Shown here: piece by piece, positions 1 to 12,457 of the stretch | Layout: every line of letters begins with the position of its first letter | Position numbering within the stretch: the stretch's first letter is position 1 | Assembly (NCBI RefSeq): GCF_009914755.1 | Contig: NC_060925.1 | Direction: 5' to 3' (one strand) | DNA: 64,000 nucleotides | Source of the DNA: the human T2T-CHM13v2.0 reference genome, Homo sapiens | Made by a program: the position numbers and the translations under genes | The notes under the pieces: model-generated | The model's database searches: none | What the model saw: only the letters and a program-made list of their open reading frames with translations | Told to the model about the DNA's origin: nothing

Positions 1-808
1 AACTTGCCTGGAAGCCAAACTCTTCAAGAAACATAGGTGGAATAGTTTATTACTGAATTAGAACTTGTCTCTGAACTTTGGCTAATTTTAACCTAATGTT
101 GTAATTTTCTTTCTACTGTCCTTACATGTATGTTTGCATATTTAAATAAGTTAGCAGACAAAAATGTCAAGACAGAATGTGTGGAAAGAGAAAAACAAAA
201 GTACTATAGTATAGTTTTTCACCCAGGTGATATGATGAGGACAGATTTTGAGTGAGTTTGTATATGCCACTACTTAGTACAAACCTTCTCTCAAGGAATT
301 GCTTCTAGCTTGATCCTATAATCCATAAGTTGATGTTCTTTAGTGTTACAATGACTATAATAATGGTGAAGAGTAGAAGACAGACCAGGAAAGCAGCATT
401 ATTTATAAATATGGAACAGAAGATTTTTAAAAAGAAGACAAATTTAAGCTTCAATAAGTGCTCCAAACTCAAATTCTGTGGATTTTGTTTAACAATGCAC
501 ACTATGACTAGAAAACAATGACCTAAATAAATTAAAGAGTGAGACGGAATATTCTATCAACCAAAAAGTTCCAATTCTCAGGTTTCTGTAACATCAGCTA
601 CTGTGATGTTTTAAGATTTACAAATTATAATTACAAACAAAAATCATTCAACATTATATTTTAAAAATATAAGTTTTACCATAGATTGGTAGGGTTGACA
701 TAGATGAAGAAAATAGATGAAAGATATTCAGTTTTGGGAGTAGTGTAAGCTAGAGCATAGAATAGGGAAAGTGTCTTCAGGGAAGTAGAAGGTAGAAAAC
801 TGAAAAGT

Positions 809-1168
<360 letters not shown>

Positions 1169-1221
1169 CTAAAGAATCTTGTAGAGCACCCTTTCATAAA
1201 GTGGGTAATTCAGAATACTAA

Positions 1222-1506
1222 TGAGGAAAGGTTGGTTAATGGGTAAAAAAATACAGTTAAGAGCAAAGGAGCAAGTTCTAGTGTTCAGTAGCACAGCAAG
1301 GAAACTCTTATTTAGCAATAATGTATATTTTGAAATATTTAAAAGATTTAGAATGTTACTAACACAAAGAAATGATAAATGTTTGAGGTTATACATATCC
1401 CAATTACTCTGATTTGATTGTCACACATTGTACACTTGTATTAGAATATTGCCTGTACCCCATAAATATGTACAACCATATGTATAATTAAATTTTTAAT
1501 TAAAAA
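1222..1506 (+). mobile_element. L1MA 3' end fragment
   Basis: aacacaaagaaatgataaatgtttgagg...ccccataaatatgtacaa, typical of the L1MA 3'UTR end. Confidence 0.75.
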
Positions 1507-1570
1507 GGTATCTAGAAAACATTGGTTTGAACAAAGATAAATGTAGTTTTTTAATTTATCACAAGACCTC

Positions 1571-1959
1571 TGCCTTAGTTCATTTGTGCTGCTATAATGA
1601 AATACTGAGTAATTTATAAGCTGTGGAAATTTATTTCTCACAATTCTGGAGGCTAGGAGTCCAAGATCAAGGTGCCAGCAAGTTCAGAGTCTGTTGAGGG
1701 CCCAGTCTCCCCTTCCAAGATGATGTCTTATTGCTGCATCCACTGAATGGAATTGTTGCTGTGTCTTCACATGGCAAAGGAACAGAAGAACAGAGCCTAA
1801 ACTGGTTTCCTTTAGCCCTTTTGTAAGGCATTAATCCATTCATGAGGGCGGGGTCTTCATGACTTAGTCACTTCTCAGAAGGCCCCACCTCTTGATATCA
1901 CCACATGGGGATTAAGTTTTAACATGAATTTTGAAGGGGACATAAGTCAAACCATAGCA
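1571..1959 (-). mobile_element. MaLR solo LTR (MSTD-like)
   Basis: TG...CA termini; tttctcacaattctggaggctaggagtccaagatcaaggtgccagc and aaaccatagca match the MST/MLT1A consensus reverse strand. Confidence 0.85.
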
Positions 1960-2759
1960 ATTTCCATGAGTTCTTAATATGCTAATGCATATGGGATTAT
2001 GATCTCCTCTCAGCTTATGTCTAAGAGGAAGATGTAACCCAGGAGCATGGTCTGGGAAATACTGTTGTTGAAAATGTAGACTCAGTGAAGCTTTTAAACT
2101 GGGGAATGGATGTGCATTTTAAGAGATTAATTAATGTCTTAAATGTATGTGTCAATATGTAAAAAGGATAAAACTCTAATATTTGCTTTTATAGCAATTA
2201 TAATATGCAATTATGGATTTATTTAAATAACTTTTTATTTGATGCTCATCTCTCTTACTATCCAATAAATTCAGTAGAGCAGGCACCATAGCTTTTTAAC
2301 TCATTTGTATTATTCAACATATAAACCAGTACCTAACATATAGTAGACAATTAATAAGTATTTATTACATGTCTAGAAATAGTGTACTTTTGTGCAGTAT
2401 TTTCATTGGCATTACTACTAGAAGATGGCAAGGGTCTGAATTAGATTGACTGAATGGTAAAGAAAGGAAAAGAAAGACATAAAATATTTAATATAGAAGG
2501 AAAAAAGGAAAGAAGGAAAAGCAAAAGAGGACTGCAAGTACAGAATTAAGAGAATTAAAGTATAATCAAAACAACAAATTATGAAGGAAAGCACAATGTC
2601 TAGTACGGAGGAGTAGGAGCTTAGTAAATATGTCCAAGTTCTGCTTTTGACAAGTGGAGTTTTATTTAAATTTGGCATCTCATTAAGCCGTTAGAGGCAA
2701 AATCAGGGATGATGGTCTATAGTAAGAATCATTCATAGAAAGAAGCTCTTTGAAGTCAG

Positions 2760-3370
2760 GAGACGAAAATTCCTGTGAAGACCATGTAGAGAAAGAACAG
2801 AAGCATGGCTGTTCTTAGAGGAACTAATTTGCCGTAAGTAGAACTTAAAATATGTAATAAGCTCCTTCTTGATAACAGGCAGTATGCTTTTCTTCTTGAT
2901 TTCATGTTTATTTGCTGATATGATACATCAGCATTAAAGACCATAAGGAGATTTGTCCCAAGAACAGTCCATTGATCTTGGTGAAGAAAAACTGGTTTCC
3001 CTGTATTGATAGCAAATCAAACCATGTACAAGGATTACAGACTTTCCGATATTGTGATAAGATGAAAACAAACCCATGAAGTCTGGGAAGTCTTCAAATG
3101 TGATCATTTCAAGAGTCAAAATATCAAATAAGCCTCAGATGCCCCTTTGGAGTACCAGAATCACCATGTATATTCTCTTGATAAAGGGGTTTCAGAGATG
3201 TACTTGAGGGTAGGTAATGATTTTAAAGATGTTCTTGAAGTAAGACATGGAACGAGTCTGGCAGATTTCCATATCCCTGTGGCACACTTAATGAGGAAAA
3301 AGGTTTCTCAATGAATAAGTCAGATACATTTGTCATTTGAAAAATGCAAGACTGTGCCAACTAATGAGGA
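2760..3370 (-). mobile_element. Tentative very old non-LTR retrotransposon RT remnant (L4/RTE-X-like)
   Basis: Minus-strand translation, allowing frameshifts, gives degenerate RT motifs in the right order: MYLT-FIEKPFSS (~LY..FID..KAFDS), FIKRIY, HGFVF (~QGCVL), LGQISL-VFNAD (~IS.LLYADD), QISSSK-TAMLLF (~INYSKTK.MVF). Confidence 0.4.
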
Positions 3371-4312
3371 CAGCCAGGATATTTGTCACAAGAAATCTTG
3401 GAAAGACTGAACTTTCCTTTGTCTCTTTCTCTTTCCAGGTATGGAATATTAGGCAAGGATAACATAAATGAGCATTGGTCTAAAATTCTAGAGAATGCAT
3501 AAGTATTGAAAGTTGAATGTTCTTAATACATATATTGTCATTATTTCTATCTGCTACAGGCAGAATTCTCAAGTGGTTGAAATTATCTTTGGTTTAAATT
3601 GTCAGTAGGGAAGGATTTGAAGAAGGTAGCAAGATGAGTCTCTCTGTTATTCACCTAGGTTAGGCCATGCTAGCAAGCACTGCTGTTCAAATGCGTTTGA
3701 CTCTGTGGGAGAGTATTGAAAAGGAAGCTATTGACTGCACACTGCAGTTGTAGAAAAAGAAAAATCACCATTAGATATTCAATTTAAATTGAAAACAATA
3801 TCATTCAAGAGAGAAGGGAATCCATGCAGCATTGTGGAGAAACCAGAACAGGATGTCCTTATCCTTGATTTTAAGACATTTACTAGAAGGGCCTTAACAG
3901 AAAGAGATGAATACCTGTTTTCTTCTTGCCTTTTTTAATCCCTTTGAAAAACTGTGAATCTAAGAATTCCTCTTTTGGCTGTGTGCAGACATGTGGTAAC
4001 ACAGGAAACCGGATTGTTACTGACTCAAGTCCAAATACTGCATATAAAGCAATGTGTTCTCTAATGTATACTGGACGGTGGCCATGTTTCAGGAAAATGT
4101 GGATATGTACTTCCATATATTATATGTGTAACATATTTGTGATTTCTTGTGTATTATGCTCAACTCAGTTTCTGAAACACTTTCTCCATTCCACCATATT
4201 GTATGCTCATCCTTTTGATATTAAAAGATCACTGGATAAGCAAATTGTTTCCTTTCCTGCTACTTCCTCATTCTGTTTTGTACCTATAAAGTATCCTTTA
4301 CATAAATCATTG

Positions 4313-4314
<2 letters not shown>

Positions 4315-4362
<48 letters not shown>
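4315..4362 (+). repeat. (GT)24 microsatellite
   Basis: Directly visible perfect dinucleotide run. Confidence 0.98.
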
Positions 4363-4364
<2 letters not shown>

Positions 4365-4689
4365 GAACTACTTCTGGTAAATTCATGTCTGTAGATTCTT
4401 ATATGCTGATCTATAAATATTGCTATCAAGGTAATGCAGAGTCGGCTAACAGGAAAATCAATGGCTTTAGGGCACAGATAATGAGATCCAAGCCTAGGTC
4501 TACTAATTATTTTGTGTATGACCCTATGCACATCATAGACTCACTAAACCTAAATTAGTTTATCATCAAAATGTGGAAAATAATATATGATCTATTTCTC
4601 ATGAAAAAACACGGTGACAGATTGTAAATTGGTTTGAATTTTTGCAAGTAGTGTACAAATAAAAGTAATTAGTCATATTTTACACCCGT

Positions 4690-6200
4690 ATTCATTTGCT
4701 TATACAGGTAATATTTTAATATATCTACTTTAAATCATAGACTTGGCAAGTTACCAGAAATACATATTTTTGAACAGTCTAGGCATGCTCTCTAGCCTCA
4801 TAAAACTTTCAATCTAGTAAAGAAGATTGATATTGAGTGAGTAATTAAAATATGATCAAAGTGAATTACAGCATATGGTAATATAGTCCCAAGAATCACA
4901 ACCTACCTTGATGAACAGAAAGAAGCCATTCTCCCTTTTTAATTTAAATTTTTTAAAGCAAAGGAAATGTACCTTTGTGCCTTATGCAGAGGTAGCCATA
5001 GATCTGAAGGCTCTAGTATAGGAGAGGTCATATAATCTTAAAAATACAAAGGAAGCCATAAGTGTAAAGAGCACAGAAAGCAATGAGAAGTGTGGTACCT
5101 GGCCAGGTTGTGCAATGGGGCTGGGTGTGAATCTGGAAGACAAGAGTCAGACAATGAGACCATATCGTACTTGGTAGGTCATAGGAAAAATTTTGGACTT
5201 TACTTTGAGGACAGAGAGGAGTCATTGAAGTATTTGCAGCAAGAGAGTGACATAATCATATTTGTGTTTTCAATAGGTCATCTAGCTACACTGTGGAGTG
5301 AGAACAATAGAAAGAGAAACACAGGAATAAATGCAAGAGATGATAATGGTTTGAACTAGGTCAATAGGCAGTTGCGATGAAGAAAAACAGGCTTGTTCAG
5401 GAAATGTTTAGGGTATTTAATGTTTAGGAGATGGTGATTGTTAAATGTGGAAAGTGAGAGAATTGGAGGAATCAAAATTGATGCCAAGGTTTCTGTCTTG
5501 AGAAACTAGGTCAGTGGTACTGCTGTTTGCTGAGATTGGTAACATGGGAGGAGGAGGTTTGGGTAGAACAGTAATTGCTAACACTAAGTAAATGCTTACA
5601 ACTTGAAGATACAATTTTAAGTGTTTTGTATGTATTCTAGTATTTTACAGATGAGGAAACTGATAGAGGTAATATAATGTGCCCTGGGTCACATAGTCAG
5701 GCAGTTTGCTCCAGCGTCCAAGCTCCTGACAATGGTAATGTGCTACGGACCTCTCAAGAGCATTATGCCAATTATGTGCATGTGACATACAACTTCTGAG
5801 AAATGTGCATCTTTGTAAGTTGTGAGATGCCTATAAAACATAAAGTAGAAATGACGAGGGAAGTAAATCTGCATTAGACATTTAAAAAAATGTACAGTCA
5901 TCCACTTACCATTTAACTTATGAAAAATGAAGTGAGAGTTGGGAAAGCTGAATGATATTGTAAAGAAAAAAAGGGTACAATTAGAAGGGTAACAGTCTAG
6001 GGGACAAATTCTAACACTGTAACTCTCAGTGTCTGGGTAGAGAAAGTGACACCTCGAAAAACTGAAAGGGAAGAACCAAAGTGGACGGATAAGTGTCAGA
6101 AGAGTTGATGTCAGGGACGCCAAAGGAAGAGTGTTTTTAAAAGGACAATATAGTTCTGTGCCCAGAACTACTTGCTAATATGTCAACTAAGGAAGGATTA
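4690..6200 (-). mobile_element. L2 fragments interrupted by a MIR (~5570-5720, - strand)
   Basis: L2-antisense signature ttttggactttactttgagg..gagtcattgaag..gtgacataatc..tttgtgtttt; MIR ttttacagatgaggaaactga...ggtcacatag. Confidence 0.7.
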
Positions 6201-6236
6201 AAAGGCTAAAAGGAACTAAAATCAAAACTTCCTTTA

Positions 6237-6356
6237 AACATTGAAATTAACCTCTTGCTTTCCTAATGTATCTATTCTTATAACAAAGACTCCACTAACA
6301 TTGAAATGAATCTCTCACTTTCCTAATGCATCTATTCTTGTAATGAAGACTCCACT
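6237..6356 (+). repeat. Tandem duplication, 2 x 60 bp
   Basis: aacattgaaat..ctttcctaatg..tctattctt..aagactccact repeated with period 60, 8 mismatches. Confidence 0.95.
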
Positions 6357-6367
6357 AAACCAAAAGG

Positions 6368-6612
6368 AATATATATATACACACACATATATATATATAA
6401 TCTATCCTTGCAAAATATATATATTTATATATATGCAAAAGTATATATATATATATTTTGCAAGGATAGAGAAAATATAAAAGGAGACATCAGCAGATAA
6501 TAAACTTCAGAAATTTTTAGAATACAAGAAAGATGTATATATATTTATATAAATGCAATGTATATCTACATTGCATATATATGTGTGTACATATATACAT
6601 ACATATATATAT
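6368..6612. repeat. (TA)/(CA)-rich simple repeats containing two palindromes (24-bp and 10-bp arms)
   Basis: 6401-6424 is the exact reverse complement of 6447-6470; 6553-6562 is the reverse complement of 6567-6576. Confidence 0.9.
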
Positions 6613-7960
6613 AGTACAAGTTGCAAAGCACATTATTAGCAACATTATAACAAAGTACCCACAAAGGGATATGAAAATAGATTATACACCACAGACCTTC
6701 TTAGAATCTTGGAAATATTGGGTACCAGGCAAGAAATTGAAGAGACTTAGTATTGAAAATAGGAAAACTGACTGACAGTCTCTATATACATAGTAACATG
6801 GCTATACCCCAGGCAGAAGGCCAGAATATTTTTCTCCAGAATATTTTTCCTGAATATCTTTTGGCTTGCTGCCAGATTACCCTGCACTAAAACCTATCAA
6901 GCCTGCAAAACTTCCGATTAGCTTTTGAGGGTTTCATTCTTCAGTATAGGAAGACAGTCAGGGATCACCAGATATTTGTGGACAACCTTTACCATGAAAA
7001 ATGAAGATCAAAAGAAACAAGCAGAAAGTAGAACTCAAATAACACAGGGACCAAGGGGAAAAAGACAGAAAATCTGTAGTTAATATCTTCTGAGAAAATG
7101 AAAATGATATGGCACCTTGAGACACAAATAGGATACTATGAAAAAAGATGATTCAGGGAACAACATACAACTCTTGTAAGTAAAAATATGCTATTAGATA
7201 AAGGGTAAGACAAGACATGGATTTAGGAGATAAAGTTGTGAAAATCTCACAGAAAATAGACTAAAAAGACAAAAACATGGAAATTTCAACAGAAAAAAAT
7301 ACTTGAATTGTAGGATAAGTCCAAGAGACAGGTCCTTCATCCAGTTAATGGAAATCACAGAAAAATGATTTTTTTTAAAAAATGAAGAACTTATCAATTA
7401 AATAATAATAACAAAAATTTAACAGAATGCAGGATAAATGCTTCCAGAGTGAAAGGGCTCATCAAGTGCCTAGTATGATAGATTAAAAAAAATCAAAGCA
7501 TATTGTCATGAATTTTCAAGAGTGAGGAAAAATAAAATTTTAAAACTTTCCGGTGGAGAAAAATGTGGGTGTGAAATAGGATTTTGAATAAGAATGGAAC
7601 TGAGTTTCCCTGGAAACTAGAAAATATGATAAATAAAAACTTTTTTATTTATAAAGAAAAGGTATTTCTGACATGCAAGTCCTCAAAAAATACACCTTTT
7701 TTGAGGTATATTTTGAGGTATCAAAAAGGAAAATAAATCCTTTTTCAGCAAGTGAACAGACATTATGCTCCACAAATGAAGGAATAAATCTAGAAAGAAA
7801 ATGACATGGGGTCAAGAAAATAGGAAATATAACACAGGAAAGAAATGAAAAATTCACAGGATGATAGTGAAGAGTAATTCTAGGATGACAGCTGGAAAAG
7901 CAACCACTCCAGACTAAATCAAAAAGATATGTTATTCCTAAAAGGTTACTCCAGAGTGGA
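6470..7960 (+). mobile_element. HAL1 / old L1M ORF1-like element
   Basis: A-rich decayed ORF1-type sequence; gacatggggtcaagaaaatagg..aacacaggaaag..ggatgatagtgaag..ggatgacagctg resembles HAL1. Confidence 0.65.
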
Positions 7961-8914
7961 GGTTAAGGGGAGTCATGGAGTAGCACTACAATCAAGTTGT
8001 TTAGAAATTCAGGGGGAAAAACCCCTACAAAGTTGAAAGTTATTATGTGTGGGGAGCATAAATCAGGAATAGAAGGAATTGTGGTTGAAAGTCCGTAATC
8101 TAGATACCAGAGTCATCAATGAAAGAATGGGAATGTACAAGAGATTGGTAAACGAAAGGTGTGAGGACAAGTAGAAAGATATTAATACTTTCTACTTAAT
8201 ACTTCCTAATTAATAGAGCATGAGACCATCAAATGAACAGGGATTTTAGAAGATGAGAGAAGATTCATAGTTTTTAAAGTGCAAGGGGGACAGCAATCCC
8301 ACCTTCCAACCAGAAATTGGCTAATCAGCATGTGATGTGAGAAAATCAGCATGCTCTGCTTTTAAAGGCTATGAGGTATCTAATTACCTTAGGGGAGAAC
8401 CAAGTTTTAGTTGGGTCTATGAGGATGGGAGTGAGGAGGATTCAATGAAGAGAGACTGAGCCTCAATAAAGATGTTTATCATGGTATAGACACAACTGAA
8501 GAATTCCCATGGAGCAGAGGGGAGAGAAGAAGCTGGGCCAAGGAAGTAGTTCAGCCTGTTGTGGGATGAGCAAAGAAATACAAAAGATGACTAGAAGAGT
8601 TTGTTTTAAGGAATGGGAAAGTGCCTAAGTGAATACAATTTCAAAAGTTTTGGTAGACAGTGGACACTGGCCAAATGGTTTAGGTTCAGGCCTGGATATT
8701 GTGTTTTTCCTCTTAGTTCATAATTTAAAATGTGCAATGATAGCAACACAGACATCAAGAAATAGCCATGGTGAGTGAGAGACGCTGGGCAACAAGAAGC
8801 ATGAACAATTGATTTATTATTCCTCTGTGGATACAGAAGCAAATGGGTGTGTGCCGTGGATCAGCTCTATTGCATCACTGGGGGTGGGTTAATGTGACTA
8901 CTAGATACTCAAAT

Positions 8915-9100
8915 TAAAAACCTGGAAATCTTTCAAGACCCTCCCCTCTCTCCCATAGCCTCTCTTTCCACCTCTCATTTAATCTATCATCAAATTTTAG
9001 ATTCTGCTTCTTAAATATCTTCCCAATCCATCACTTCTTTTCATCCTCGCTGCCACTACCATAGTCTATGCTATCACCACTTCCCTTTGCAACTGCAATA
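8915..9100 (+). mobile_element. L2 fragment
   Basis: aaacctggaaatc..gattctgcttcttaaatatc..gctgccactacc..gctatcacc, L2-type. Confidence 0.6.
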
Positions 9101-9533
9101 ATCACAACAAACATTTACTAAGTGCCTATTATATATAATATGTTAGACACTTATGAGGGTGCATTTACTGGGTGCCTACTATGTGCTAGATGCCAGGTAA
9201 CAACATGAAAGGCATCAATCCTACAATCAAGAATTTCAAGTAAGGTTATGTAAAACAATAGTTACAAAATCTTGCGATTCTGGTTCCCAGAAATGAAAAG
9301 AACAGGAGTTGGAGAGACAGAAAGTAATGGAGAAGAAAGGTCAACTTTTTAAATGTTTTTATTCAGCCTTCTACAGATTACCATGTGCAAACAATCGTCT
9401 ATAAGTATTTATTCATGAACCTGTCCCTAGAATATCCTTTTATTAATTTCAGAAGTTGAACAATGAAAAAGGATCACTTTAGGCTGAACATCTAGCACCT
9501 CTTAAAGCATGTTCTACTTGATTGCCTCCAAAT

Positions 9534-9832
9534 ATTTTTTTCTTCTAACTTTTACTTATGTTCATGGGGCACATGTGCAGCATTGGTTACACAGGTAAAT
9601 TGTATGTTGCAGAATTTTGATATACAGATTATTTCATCACCCAGATAATGAACGTAATACCCAACAGGTAGTTTTTTGAATCCTCACCCTCATTCCACCC
9701 TCCACCCTCAGGTAGGCCCCAGTGTCTATTGTTCCCTTCTTAGTGGCCATGTTTGCGCAGTGTTTAGCTCCCACTTATAAATGAGAACATGCAGTATTTG
9801 GTTTTCTCCTCCTGCATTAATTTGCTAGATAA
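9534..9832 (-). mobile_element. L1PA (older, L1PA15/16-like) 3' end fragment
   Basis: gcacatgtgcag..ggtaaattg..tttcatcacccag..tttagctcccacttataaatgagaacatgcag; TSD tgattg(c/t)ctccaaat at 9519-9533 and 9833-9847. Confidence 0.88.
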
Positions 9833-10259
9833 TGATTGTCTCCAAATTTGACTTAACATGAGCAATTTTAAAAACAAAATGCTACATTGTTTTTATAAAT
9901 GTTACTAATTTCTGTGTAAGCAATAAATTTGTGTTACTAAGTAAAAATACATTAGCAAGTTAAATGCAAGTTTCAAATTCATGTTTATTAAGTTTTAATT
10001 CTGTAGTTGGCAAACTGCACTATGTACTGTAAATTTAAGGATAAGTGAAACAAGATCTCCTCAGAGAACTTGCCTGATACATGGGGAAATAGCCCACACA
10101 ATTAGGAAAACAATATGATTAGTGGTGTGGGAACTCAGAGAAAGATGCTACTCATCTTTCCTAGGAAGACATTCACAGAGATAGTGACCTTTTCGTTAAA
10201 ATAAGTTTTTCAAGCAATTATCAGTAGCTGACGGTGATTAGGAGGAGAGTCCTAAGTAT

Positions 10260-10480
10260 ATTCATTTATTCATTCATGCTTTCATTTGTTTATTCTACAA
10301 TTGTTGTTAAATACATACTATATATCAAGTACCAAGATAAATACAAGAATGAACAAAATAATCACTGCCCTGAAAGGCCTTACTGTTTAGGAGGAAAAAA
10401 TACATGAAAAACAGTAGATTGAATAAAATGTTGAAGGTGCCATGATAAAAGTCTTCGCAAAATTTCATGGCATTTGGTCA
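10260..10480 (-). mobile_element. L2 3' end fragment
   Basis: ttcatttattcattcat ... atgaacaaaataatcactgccctga pattern. Confidence 0.6.
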
Positions 10481-11227
10481 GTTTAACCTAGAGGAATAGG
10501 AGAAAGATGTGTCAGGAGTGTCACAGGAATTTCTACCATAATTACAAGTTGTTTTATCCCATATTACAAGGTTCGTAAAGATAGATCCCCATTTGGAAGT
10601 GAATAACCAATCCAATTATAATCTGTAGTTTCAACGGAATAAAAACTCCATGAAAACAGGGTCTTTGTTCAATGCATCACTGTCTCCACTAGAGCAGTGC
10701 CTAAAACAGCTGTTATTCAGTAAATATCTATTCACCGATGAAATTTGTGGGCTACAAAGAGTACATCATAAACTTTGGGATTGAAACATGAATATTTTTA
10801 CAGAAATGGGAGAAATGTTTTTTTCCGCAAATTCTGGAAGTTTCTGTTCTACACTGTAATTTGTGTAAAAATAGAAAACATATTATAGCTCCATGTTTCA
10901 AGTGAGGAGGTAAGCATGCTAGTAGCATTGAACTGAGACAGGATTGTATCCTAATTCGATTCTGCCATTCCAAAGCTGTGTGATGATGGGAAATCTCTCG
11001 CACTTTTTGAGCCCATTTTCGAATTTGCTAGATGGGAATAAAACCTATTTCACGTACTTCGCAGGGCTGTTTAAGGATTTAATGATACAATGCGTGTGTG
11101 TGTCCTACTTTAAAGTATTCTAGACTGTATACCAAAATTAAATTTCTAAGCTTTAAATATTACAAGAATGCCTTCCAAGGGCACTGGATAAGCTGTTTTG
11201 TTTTGTTTTGTTTCTGCGTTTCTCTAG

Positions 11228-11430
11228 TGCAGTGCCTGGAGATGACCACCAAACGGAAAATCATCGGCCGTCTGGTACCATGCCGATGTTTCCGAGGTGA
11301 AGAAGAAATCATCTCAGTTTTAGATTACTCCCACTGCAGTCTTCAGCAGGTGCCAAAGGAGGTCTTTAACTTCGAACGAACATTAGAGGAGCTTTATCTA
11401 GATGCCAATCAAATTGAAGAACTACCCAAG
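11228..11430 (+). CDS. LRRC7: LRRC7 coding exon (203 nt); ATG of [63 protein letters not shown] at 11242
   Basis: Polypyrimidine tract plus ctAG (11226-11227); donor AAG|gtaact at 11431. Translation matches the Densin-180 N-terminus and first LRRs, including the PCRC motif shared with Erbin. Confidence 0.97.
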
Positions 11431-11992
11431 GTAACTTTTGACAACCTAAAATATACAATGTAAATGAGTATTTCATAACTTTCAAATACTTTATTATAAT
11501 GGTAATGTGAACTATGGGCTCCTATCTAGGTAACTGACAAGTCATTGAAATTGATATAACTTCCCCAAATATTCTCATTACCTTTTAATGTTACTCCATT
11601 TATGATTTCACGGGCCTCTGTTAATAACAAATTGAGCTCTATGGAAACCACCATTTGATGGATTATGCCTCGTTATCTTCATTTAAAATGACCTCTATAA
11701 AAATATAGAGTAGAGGGTTGAGATCAATAGTTTATGTTTAGAAAGAAAGGAAAAATATGACACTACTCCAGAACTGAAAATTTCTATGTTGTATATTAAG
11801 GTGACATTATATTACAACCTTGAATTGTATGCTGTAAGTCTAAGAAATGCTTTTACACACATTAATGCTATTATGAAAAACATGTTTTTGTACCTGTATG
11901 TAAAATATTTGATTATTACAAGTAGCACTGGATGTATGTGGCATAAAACTAGTAAAAAGTTTACTAGGAATTTGAAACTATCAAACTTTGTG

Positions 11993-12045
11993 CACATACA
12001 CACACACACACACACACACACGTGCACACCTGCACACACACACAC
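11993..12045 (+). repeat. Interrupted (CA)n microsatellite
   Basis: Visible CA run. Confidence 0.9.
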
Positions 12046-12457
12046 TGCCATTATGGCATTGTGCCATGCAAAGAAAACCAGGTCTCCTGTGACCTTAGTC
12101 CTTATTGCAGAAAAGACTGGATGATAAGAGATTAGCTAAAGCAGACCAAGACCACACAGCAGAGAAGTTCAAAATCTAAATCAAGGGATCCTAACAGTCA
12201 CCTAAGTAAGTAACCCAGATTAAGTAGTTAGCATGGTATTTACCTGTGAAGGATTTATACGGCTGAGAAGGGAAAAAAACGTCATGCACTCAATTTCTGT
12301 TGCTTATGCTAAAAAGTAAAAATGTATATTAAATATGCAGTAATCAGAAAAAGAATCTTCCACAATAAAAACTTGAAATTAATTATCAGAATCTGATATT
12401 TCAATATGCTGATCAAAATAAATTATGAATAATTATTTTTATTTAAAGTTATAAATT

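Noticed and set aside
3926-4558. 210-aa ORF on the + strand
   Set aside because: It runs through the (GT)24 repeat (CVCVCV) and a MIR-like fragment, starts at TTG, and has no domain signature.
11098-11463. 121-aa ORF as a standalone gene
   Set aside because: It is the LRRC7 exon plus read-through into both flanking introns; splice sites delimit 11228-11430.
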